NCBI RefSeq assembly: GCF_000181795.1
Contig: NW_003526945.1
Location: 5,613,503-5,677,502, forward strand
DNA length: 64,000 nt
Reading direction: 5' to 3'
DNA from: Trichinella spiralis
Taxonomy: Eukaryota
How positions within the stretch are numbered: the stretch's first letter is position 1; each line of letters opens with the position of its first letter. The notes below the pieces were generated by a model. It had not been told where the DNA came from. It was given only the letters and a program-made list of their open reading frames with translations, and did not search any database. The position numbers and the translations under genes are program-made. Below are positions 45,209 through 56,210 of this stretch, piece by piece.

Positions 45209-48200
45209 GGCGCACGATGACACAACTACCAGCTTAATCGTACGGATTATGGTAGACTGACGCGTCAATCTTAACTGACAGTATTTGAAACCTGAGGTTA
45301 TTTAATTTAAAGTTTATTTAATAATATTTTAAAGAATATTTATTTTAAGTATTTAAAGATTCCACTTTAAAACGCTTTATAAAATATCATTAAAAACTGT
45401 AATTAATATTGTATTTATTATTATTATTTATTAGAACCTGATAATTTTTAATTATATTATGCAACATCAGGAGTAATATGGTATGTAGATGTTTTGTGAA
45501 TAATAGATATACTGATTATTTTCTAAAATAAAAATTGTAATTATTGGACTCGTTTAAAATTGTCAAAAACCGTAATAGTTTACTAATACTGAAATATTTT
45601 ATTGTACTCGTCTATTATATGATTGTTTATGTATTTTTGATTGTAATAAGCTCCGTTTTATTTTATGACAGGTAATATAACTAATGAGGGGGTTTCAAAA
45701 TTACACAAAAATGTTCAATTTTATTGTTGTGCATTTTATTCGGTGAAAACAAAGAAAGAAAATTCCGCAGAAAAAAAAAATAATTAGCCACAGTTCAATA
45801 ATGAGTTTGATATCCACATTATTAAAAATTATAATTTTTTAGAACAAATAATTAGATTCATTTAATAATATTAATTTAAATTTTCAAAATAAAATTTGAA
45901 TTACTGTAGCATTAAGTGAAGACAGAAAATATTGTAAGAAAATGAAAAAAACGTAGACAAAGTGCATCTGCGCAGGCAGAATATCAACGAAGAACGTTTT
46001 GAGTGGAAAAAAGATTCGTAAATTCAAAACCGGTTTGCCATATTTTGTCGCCCGTAAATAACTACTGCGTAGTATCGTTCTTTTCGATAGTATGTTAATT
46101 TTTATTAATCGCATTTCTATCGTGGGCAAAAATATTTTATTAAAATTGAAATTACAAAGCCGACAAATAGATGGACGTTAAAAATCGCCCATCATTGTAT
46201 CCAGCATTGTGTTTACACTCGGTAGTAATGCGTAGTTTAGTGGGAAGCATTTTTGAAAACTTCCGCGTAACAACCAAGTTACAAACGGTTTATGATAATT
46301 TTTGGTTTTTCGACACTTCTTTATACTGGTATATTGGCGCATTTGTACGGGGTTGTTTTAAATTAAATTTATTTCATCAATGCAAATTTCCAGTTGTTTA
46401 AACTAATCACTTCTACCGAACAGATCGGCTCGTTCACTTTTTATTATTAAAATTGTTGCATTGCATTGTTTGCTTTATCAATTCACAGTTCGCTATGGAA
46501 TTTCCAAATTTGTCTAGTCGTTGAACAGTTAAATTTAAGATTATTTAATTCACTTTGAACGATTGATTATGAATAATAAAATATGCATTAAAAATATTTA
46601 TTTCCATTTCTATCAGTTTGTCTTCAATGTCCATTGTCGATTGAATTCTTCAATTACTCATGGCATTAGACTTGATTTTGTCGCAATAGATCAACTCACC
46701 GCTTGATCCGTCCGGTTTTACAGTGAATTTTTCAAAGTTTCAACTCAACAAATTTTCAACAAACAAAACTCGCAATAAGATTTATTTAATTGCTATTTGA
46801 TTTATCCACTAACATTTTAAAATTATCAATTTGCAACTTTTTGATATCACGAGATTCCAGTTTTGTTTAAATGATAAAACATCATGCATAATAATAGATG
46901 CACATGATAGATAAATCTTCTGGATACTATATCCATCCGCCCCCGCCTCCCTATTAATTAGACGTATCAACGCCCTTGAATGCAGATACTGATAAAATAA
47001 TGCAACAGAAAGATGTTCAGCTAAGTGAATCTGCAATGCAAAGCTATGCCACAGATGCAGCGTGGTGAACCGGATCTGATTCTTTGGGTAGCTGGAAAAT
47101 TTCTTATCAAATCAGTCGATTATACAAATTGTTGTCGTTAGTCGAAATGAACAAAACGAAAATTTGCATACAAGGCGAATTTCAATTTTTTTTCATGTTT
47201 ACAGTGATGGAAAAAATCCATACAGAAAGCCGGAAGAGCCTGAAGAAAATTGATTTACTTTTATTAATTGAATGCGATTCATCGTTTATTGGACAAGTGA
47301 AATGAAAGCGATGGTTCTCAACAGGGAGAAGTGAATTTAGCAAGTAGCATTTTTTAAAATTTATTAGTACAGTGAAATGTTTAATAATTGGTTAAGTAAA
47401 TTTGAGATTACTGCATTTTCATTAAAAGAAAAAAAATTCAACGTTCAGTTTTTGTGCAGTCGAGAGTCGAAGAGAGGTCAGCGCACATTATGCAAATTAA
47501 TTTTGTCTGGAAATTGTTTCACCAATAGTAATGTTTTCTCGACTGACGTCTGGTGGTGGAATTTTATATATTTTCTACGTATTAATAAATGAAAAGTAAA
47601 TTATCATTTATTTTTCAAAAATTCAAAAAATGGAATGAAAAATAATTGCTGTGAATGAATATTGTGCATGGCGTTGTGCGCAGTCAGCGTGACAAGTGCG
47701 CTGTTTGCTTCTTATGCAAATCAACATTGCCATGAAATAAACATGTCCATACTTGGCGTGCCTGTCTGTTTGAGAGAATTAACTCTTTTTAATTCAACAT
47801 CCCACTTTTTATTATGGTGTTAGATAACAATATTAATTTGTGTTGAAAAATATTCCATAATTCAACATGAAAACTGTTGAATTGCGATATTTTTTTTCAT
47901 TCGATCACGTTTAATTTTTATTATTTTTCAATTGCCACAAAGTCGAGTTTTCTTCTCATGCACATCGAACATCAGATTGAACAACGCTTGCAGATTAGCG
48001 TCTGTTTGTTATGCAAATTAGCAGTCTGTTGAAAATTATTTTTCCACTCAATTGACTTAATTGCAACAATTGCGAAATATTTGAATAATTTAATTTTGTA
48101 CATTTTTAAAATTGATATTCGCATTTGAAAATTTCAAATCGACTTTATTTTCCGACTGGTTCACTTTTTGTTTTTCGAATGTCCGTATTTTGGCGCGCAT

Positions 48201-49287
48201 TTTATCTAGGTCATTTTTGAATTTTGAATGAAATCATTCGACACTAGTTCCACTTGTCAGTCAGCCTGAATTTCCAATTGTTTTTTAGAATATGAAAGAC
48301 ATACTGTAGATGAGTTTTGTTGTTTTTTTTGATTTTTTGAAGTTAATTATGGTGTGTCATTTTCTGATATGTACGTGGTTATTTTCAATCACCAATTGTG
48401 TAAGAATGCTAAATTGCTAAATTGTGCTGTTCAAATTGATTTTTGTTTTTTTTGTGAGTTTCATTTGAAATCAGTTTAGGCTGATTAGAGTGCGATTGCA
48501 GCAGAAATGCATTTCCATTTTAAAAAAAAGCCAAATGAGCCTGAAGAGACAATTTATTTATTTATTTATTGAAAATAATTCAATCAGTAGAACGCAAAAA
48601 AAGACTCAACTACCAATAAAGGCGCTTAGTTCGGTAAGATGCATGTTTTTTTGAGTTTGATTGTAATTTTTTTAAAATACAGCCGACAATAGATATTAAG
48701 TGTACAATCGAGTAGTAGAATTGGATAATATGAAAGTGAAAACTAATACAGCATCTTGTAATTTCTGGTCCATTGTATGATATTCAGTTCAGTGGAATTG
48801 AATCTACATCCGGAATTGTTTCTGGCCGATAGAGTAGAAATGGTGCAAAAAAGTACATTGGTTGCTTGAGAGAGAGAGACTTCAACTGCCTGCTACTGGA
48901 TCATAGCAACAGTGAAGAGGACAAATATAATAATTGTCAAGTTATGGATGAATTAGTTAAGTTGAGGTCGAAAGGGGACTGTTGAAATTGCAAAGTCGAA
49001 CTCTGTGTGTAGATTGTTAGGATTAAACAGACCATATCAGTGGATTGAAGATAGACTGAGGAGAAAAATAAATAATTGAAATTATCAGAAAAGATTTGGA
49101 CGACAATTTGTTTACTTGATTGTACATTTTTTTGTTTGAATTTTTGGAAGATTTGAAATTGAAAAAAAAAACAAAGAAAAAAGCAAATGATAAATCAAAT
49201 TATATAGATTTTTAATGGGGATAAAGTGTTTTGAAATTTTCAAATTAAAGGTAAAAGATTCATTCGAACGGTGGGATAATGATTCAT

Positions 49288-50805
49288 TCATTGGGCAAGA
49301 TTGGAATAAGAAGAAGACGAAGAAGAAGAAGAAGAAGATTGGAATTGTTTCTGGATCAATGTTCGCTTCAATGTGGTGGCGATTTGTTCGGCATTCTGAG
49401 CCAAATTGGTCATCCGGAGCAGTTTGATTTCCAACGTGGCAAGTCTGGTCAGTAGATCCGCTTCGGGTGGAATTTTTCCAACGGCCATTTCGAAACGGCT
49501 CAACAATTTGTTCATCTCCTGCAGTTGTATGGCTTCACTTTCGGTCAATTGTTGCGACACGTCGGACAAGTCGCAGTATTGGCGGGTTTTTTTGAATTTT
49601 CGCTTGGCCGCGTAGAAACGCCAAAGCCAAATTGCGCTCAGCGTTAGCCTGTAGTGAGTTGGTATTGGTGAAATAGTGGATGTCGTTTCGGTTCGAAAAG
49701 TCGCGTCGAATGAAATGTCGCCGTTCGAATTCGTATTGGTCGATTCGAGACTGGTTTCTATTGGTCGGAAACGTTTCGGTCGACGTTTCGCCCAGACCGT
49801 TGTGTTCAACGAGGCGATCGTTGTCATTTTGGCTCGTACCGAGTCGACCAAACTCGATCGTCTGCGGCCACTGGTGGCGGTTCGTCGACTGGCCAGTTGG
49901 TGGGCAATCAACTTTTCCAACATGGCCCAGTGGAAATTCGGTCCGGACGAACGACCGAAACGAACCGCCTGCGATCTCCACCAACACTGGATCACCGTAG
50001 CGGCCAAGGGGCGTTGTTTGGTTTGGAACTTTTTCAGCTCGTCATCTTGGACCATGCAGGCTAGACCGACGCCCAACACCGACGCGGGAATCGACGTCAA
50101 CGCGACCAGAACGAAACAAGCCAACGCGGTGGTCAATTTCGCCCACCAACTGTTGACGGCAATGTCGCCGTAGCCGACCGTGGAAAAAGTGACCACACCC
50201 CAGTAGAGCGCCTGACCGAAACTGGAAAAGGTTCGATTGTCGAATGGAATTGAATCGTTTTCGGAATTGTACACGACCGCGGCGACGAACAGCACGCCCA
50301 AAATGATCAAATAGAGACTGGCGACCAGTTCGACCCTGTGCAAAGCGAACACGCGCCGTATCAGACGCCACGATACCGCCTGGCGGTCGACGTGAAATAT
50401 GCGCAAAATTTGCAAGAAACGCAAATCGTCCGCCGACCAAACCTCGTCCAAAAAATTGCCCAAGGCGAGCAGCAGCGAAGCGCCCAAAATTGCCACGTCG
50501 AGCCAAAAGCGCCAATCGCGCATGTAGACCAGTCGACCGTTGGGACCACGGTAGTAGGGATTGACATCCAAAGACCAGATTCGCAACAACAATTCGACCA
50601 GCAGAATTGACGTCAGGCCGACGTCGCAGACCAGCAGTAGATTTTTCTTGGGCAAATCGGTCTGGTCGACGTGGAACAAATTGCTGAGAAGAAAGTTGAA
50701 CAAAACGAAAACGAACACGGCCAACTGGTACGTGGCATGTCGTCCGTTGGTTGGTTTTTCCAAATAGCGATATATGAGACATTTTTGCCCTTGTTGTAAA
50801 AGCAT
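49288..50805 (-). CDS. kcnq: KCNQ/KQT-family voltage-gated potassium channel, single-exon ORF
   Basis: IYRYLEKP pre-S1; S4 LRFLQILRIFHVDRQ; pore ALYWGVVTFSTVGYGD; IQ-like helix A AATVIQCWWR; helix B FYAAKRKFK..RQYCDLSDV. A further 5' exon cannot be excluded. Confidence 0.92.
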   Translation of the reverse strand: MLLQQGQKCLIYRYLEKPTNGRHATYQLAVFVFVLFNFLLSNLFHVDQTDLPKKNLLLVCDVGLTSILLVELLLRIWSLDVNPYYRGPNGRLVYMRDWRFWLDVAILGASLLLALGNFLDEVWSADDLRFLQILRIFHVDRQAVSWRLIRRVFALHRVELVASLYLIILGVLFVAAVVYNSENDSIPFDNRTFSSFGQALYWGVVTFSTVGYGDIAVNSWWAKLTTALACFVLVALTSIPASVLGVGLACMVQDDELKKFQTKQRPLAATVIQCWWRSQAVRFGRSSGPNFHWAMLEKLIAHQLASRRTATSGRRRSSLVDSVRAKMTTIASLNTTVWAKRRPKRFRPIETSLESTNTNSNGDISFDATFRTETTSTISPIPTHYRLTLSAIWLWRFYAAKRKFKKTRQYCDLSDVSQQLTESEAIQLQEMNKLLSRFEMAVGKIPPEADLLTRLATLEIKLLRMTNLAQNAEQIATTLKRTLIQKQFQSSSSSSSSSSYSNLAQ

Positions 50806-53800
50806 CGTTCGTGGTTGTCGTGTCGTTATTACGGTGACGACGACGATCGAATGTCTCTGTTGTGGATCATGTCCGAATGGGATGCAAATTTTTTTCTATA
50901 TCTTTGTCAATGTCAGGTCAAATTTGCTTGCACAGGGCAAGCTTTTGTGGACTGAACAAACAGACTTGCTCGGACGTGGCCGAACAGTGAAACCGAAACT
51001 GCCCCCATCCCCCTCTCTCCCTTCCCCCACTGGAGACACGAAGACGAATTGCGTCACGACCGAGCGAGCCGACCGACGAAAAAAAAATAAAACTTTCTTC
51101 TCGTTTCCGTTGACAAAAAAAAAAATAAAAAACATTTCGTCGGTTGGCGTGGGCGTTGACATTTGACAAAAAAAATAATAATAAAACTTTTCCAACAACG
51201 AAAAAGAATGTTTTTTTTATTTTTTATATTCCTGTTCTTTTTCTTCCATAATTTATTTACATTCAGTGTGATATTTCTTGTTGTTGTAAATTTGCATAAT
51301 AAAAACGAAAAAAAATCGATAATCCCGATGACAAACAAACATGTACACCAATCGGCGGTATTATTTGACACGTTCGGTTCGATTTGGCTGTGTGACGACG
51401 TTTTTCGCTCGTGTTTATCGACGGCGCAGATTTTTCAAATCGACTTTCCAATTGGAATCGGTACTGTTGACTTTATGCAAATTTTCGAAACAGTAGAAAA
51501 TGGAAATTTTTATCAAATTGAATTCAAAAACAAAAAAAGAAGCTGAAAATTTTGATGATGTTTGTTTAAAAAAATTTTTTTTCCGTCAAAGGGGAAAAAT
51601 AAATTAGCATTGTCAGTGTGGAGATAAGATTAAATGGCAGAACGTAAATGACAAGGCAAATTTTGATACGTTTGTACAAGATGTTGCAAGAGTTAAGGAA
51701 ATGAAATGATGTGTTCAATCAGTCGGAAGTTTCGAAGATATTCTCATGAATAACCTTGAGAAAAGAGAATTTCGAAAAGTGCCGATCGACAAATCGAATT
51801 CAACTTTTCACACTTTCCGTTGCTTCGGGCTTTCCAGCGTTCGGCTACTGTCAACGACGTGGAAATAATGTCGCTTTATTTATATCAATCAAAAAAATTT
51901 TTTTAATAAACCATTCGCAACAGATTTATATAAATTTATATTCACTTGAAATTGAAAAATCATAAATTGTAAGACGTACAGTGGAAAATTTATATTTGGC
52001 AACATGTACAAAAGTTCAACTTTGAAAAGTAAGATTCACTTCATAAATACAGTATTGGAAAATGTTCAACTGAACGTTCGCTACAGTGTGCAGGTAAAAA
52101 AGTACAAATGAATGTTTTGAATTGAAAAAATGAAATTATTTTTAAAATATTATAATTTCAATAAATAATAATAATAAATTGTTGATAAAAATTGAAAAAA
52201 TTCTACGACAGTGATAAATTTGAAGAAGTGATGTGAAATTGTGGAAAAATTGACACGGTTTGTTTCGATTTTGTTCGTCTGTCGACAAATGATATAGTAG
52301 AGTAAAGAAAAGGTGAAGTTGAAATGGAATTGATTTTGTACAATTTGTTCAACGTGTACTTATTGTACGGTTGAAATTGAATTCAATTACAACTATATCA
52401 ATATCTGTATCTATCTGTGTATAGTTGTAGATATAATGAATCATCAATTTAAATAATGTATATATATGTATCAAATGATCTGTCATTGATCACGTGACAT
52501 TGTTTGACATAAACTTATCTACAGTAGATAGTTTAGGTAGTTGGTTCGGTTCAGTTTAGTTTAATTGACGAGTGAGAGAAAGGAGTTTTACAATTTGCGC
52601 ATAATTTTCAATAATTTAATCTTTAGAGGAAAAAGAGAGAAGTGTTGTGCGATGTGGCAAGAAAAGTGACATTTCCATCGGGTAGTATCATTTTCAGTTC
52701 AGTTTAAAGGGTAAGAAAGGAATTTGACATTTTCTACACGAGAAAATCACTCAGACGGGGATGATTGTTGTTTGTTTGTTGTTTGTATTACTGTAGAAAA
52801 TTTTTTTTTTAAAGTATTTGTTATTGTTGCTTTATATTGTTACTTTGTGTGTGTGTGATGATGAAAATCGAAAAGAAATGAAACATTCAATAGATGGTGA
52901 TCAATTTTTACAACGCGAACGTTTTTGATCGATCAGCGTTTTGGGGCTATTTTTAGCTTTACAATCTGTACCAGCAAAGTTTTTGGACATATAAATTTGA
53001 AAAATTTTTCAACTTAAAATTGACAACATCAATAAAATGAACGGGTAAAAGGGGGAGGAACAAAAGAGGGAATATTTCAATTTGATAATGTTGGAAAGTT
53101 TTATTTATTTATTTATTATTTTTCTCTTGTGTCCACCAACGACGATTTGAATTTTCAAATTGATTTGTTCGAATCAATTGCCATTTTTGTCCATTGATCT
53201 TGTACATTATTATTCATAATCTTGTCGACTTGGAAATTTATTTCCCTTTTGTTTGTAATTTATGACGGTGTATTTAGTTTGGAGAAGAAGTTGACGGCGA
53301 CAAGTTTCAAAATTGATCGATTCAATTGTGTCAGTTTTGGGCGTTCCAAAACGGCAACAAACACAGCGTCGAAAATTTCCAATTCCAAGAAGAACAAACA
53401 ACCGATGACGATTGTTGAGAAAAAAAAATTTTGAAATTTAATAAATTCAAAAAATTCCAATGTGAAAAAGATTTCGATTTAGTCAGTTGTTTTATCAAAA
53501 AACAAAAAAAAGAAATTTTTTCCCAAAATTTCATTTTTCTGTGAGCTAAAAGAGACAAATACGGCAACAACAACAGTAAAATTGTTTTGTTTTTTTTTCG
53601 GCAGAAGGGAGACTGTAAATTGTTGCCATTTATTTCGGTAAAACTGTTCAATCTTGATCATTCGTGACACACATTTTTTTTTTGAAATTTAAATAAAAAA
53701 TTGTTGTTCTTTCTTTTTCCATTTTAACATTTTTCATATTTATTTGTTTATTTTGCAGGAGGGGTGAAATATTTTCTCGTATGCATATATTAAAAAAACA

Positions 53801-56210
53801 AAAATATTCGATCGGATGATTCATCAATTCCAACAATATCTGTCAAAATTGAACGGAACAAATGGAATGAATAGAAGAAGAAGAGAAGAAATTTACCACC
53901 GTACCAACCAACAAGATAAGGCATCTCTGGGGCATTCTTCTGCTGTTTTCTCGCTTTCAACAAACGACGACATTACAGTAATTGTTACTTATGAGATCAA
54001 TTATTATTATTTTTTTTTTTTTGAAATTTTAATTTTTATTCTCACATATGAAATCGACAAAACATTTTGTCAACAGACAGTCGACAAACTGTATAAAAAG
54101 GAAAAAATAGAATGTAAATTTTTCTTCTTGCTTTCACTGTTGTTTCAATTTCACCAAAAAATTTCCATATCATCATCACTGAATACTGAGTGATAGTGAG
54201 ATAGTGTAAGAACGATTTATTGTTTTAAGAAGGCATTTTGTTCAAATTTCAATAAGCTATATTCGTTTCTTGGAATGGAAATTCTTTTCCATTTTTTTGC
54301 CCTTTCCATTCTCCGTTGTCCAACACCAGTAGTAAGTGGTCAGTCAGTCAGTCAGTCGGTCGGTCAGTTGGTGGAGTGCTGCTGTTGACCGACCGGTCGA
54401 CCGTGAAAATGGATCCGTCAGAGTAGCCGCTCGTTGGACTTTGCACAACGCCGAGCTCCGACTGACCGGCGGCGTCCAGCTGCGAGCGGCCATTTATGTG
54501 GTTGTCGACGTTGATCAGCCGACAGATTAAGCCCCCGCCGAAACGCGGGCAGATTTGAGTTGAATGGCCGCTGGTCAGCCGGAGTGTTGGTTGGTTGGTC
54601 AGTCTCGGTCAGTGGTTACTTCTCTCTCTCTTTTTCTTTCTTTCTTTCTTTTGCTGGCCATCAACTGGACTTGTGTGTTGGTTCTTTTTTCTATACATCT
54701 TGTTCGAGGCTCATCTCCACAAACAGTCAAGGAATAATTCCACTATTTTTCACCGCGTTACATTTGCTTCTTCTCTCGAGATTCTGCTAGATTCTTTTCT
54801 TCAATCTGTCTACAATGAACGATTGGTCACTTGGGTATACTTGACTACCTACACACGCGCCTACATTTCTATTCTTATAATAATTAATGAAATTTATCAC
54901 AAACATCTCTCTCTCTCTCATCTCTACTTTCCCATATATAAGTATATATATATATATGTATTGATACGTATTTATTTGCCGTTGTTATTGTTGCTTTCTC
55001 TTTTTTTTCCATCATTCATCATCAATCTTTGCATGTTATATATAATATGCATATATATATATATATATATGTATGCATTAGAATGATGCATCATCGATTG
55101 ATTTGTTTTTTTTTCTTTTTGCTCCAATTGGAACAATCAGAAAAGATATTTGAAAAATTTATCATTGAAAATGTCGAGAGGGAAAAAAAGAATTTCTTTT
55201 TTAATCTTTTTTGAATATAATGGTGTTTTTTTTTAATTTCAGTGAATTTTCACATCTGCCGACGTTGTTTGGAATTTTTGCGTTGTTCAACAGACGTCGG
55301 CGGACGTTGTTCGGTTTTCGTTTACTCTCCATCTTTCTCTCTCTCTCTGTTGGTGTTGTCAGCGTTGTTGAACAACAGCCAAGCTGCTGCTTAGCCGAGG
55401 TAGCTAGTTGGCAGTAGCAGCAGTAGCGGCAACAGCAGCAACAGCAACAGCAGAAGCAGAAGCAGCAGCTAGTAAAAAAAGGAACCGACCGACCTTGCGA
55501 CTTACCGACTCACTTCCGTAGAGGAGTGATCGTTTCGGTTGGGATTAGTTTATGCTAATTTTTCCAACAAAACGAAGCGGGAATTTGAAATTCAATTTTG
55601 GCTGTATTCATCTGGCCGGGTGCTACGTTTGTTTTTTTTTCTTTCTTTTATAGCTGACGTCGGTGATCGCCTCCGGCTTTTTCTCTTTTTCAACCTCTCT
55701 CCATTCCCTCACACGCCCCATTTGACGTGACAAAGCAGCAGAAATGAAAAGTGAATTCAAAAACGACAAACACATCTGACGCCACCTTCCCTACCTTCTT
55801 TACCTCTTTCATTCAATCTCATTCGTCCATTCCTTGCTTCCTCCATTCATTCATTCGTTCATTCATTTTTCTCTTTTTCCTTTGTTCTCTCTCTCTCTTT
55901 CTCATTCTTTCAATCTTTCTCGTCTTTTCATCCCCCTTCCCCCTCTCTCTCTTATTTTATATATATATACACATCAATCATTTCGCAATTGAATTTGTAA
56001 TCAAACGCTGCCGGCCGCAAACAAACTAATCCACACCATTTTCAAGCATTTCTACTGAATTCTTTCCTTTTTCTTCTCCTTTTTTCATCACTTCGTACCT
56101 CGTTTCTTCACTTCAGTTCATCATTTTCCCTTCGCTCTCCCATTTCTGGCTTTTGAAAATATCAATTTCCATTATTGATATTTATTCATTGGCAGTTTAG
56201 CTTCAACAAC

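Larger units (their letters stand above)
42780..45532 (+). repeat. Head-to-tail tandem duplication, unit about 1376 bp (approx. 42780-44158 and 44159-45532)
   Basis: The two ORFs are offset by 1376 bp, and the flanking non-coding sequence is also near-identical. Confidence 0.95.

Noticed and set aside
49535..50782. Overlapping ORFs of 150-246 aa over KCNQ
   Set aside because: Same codon-bias artefact.
50896..51198. In-frame ORF upstream of KCNQ separated by one TAG (possible readthrough extension)
   Set aside because: The sequence is low-complexity and T-rich with no channel similarity, and ATG 50805 already precedes the conserved pre-S1 region.
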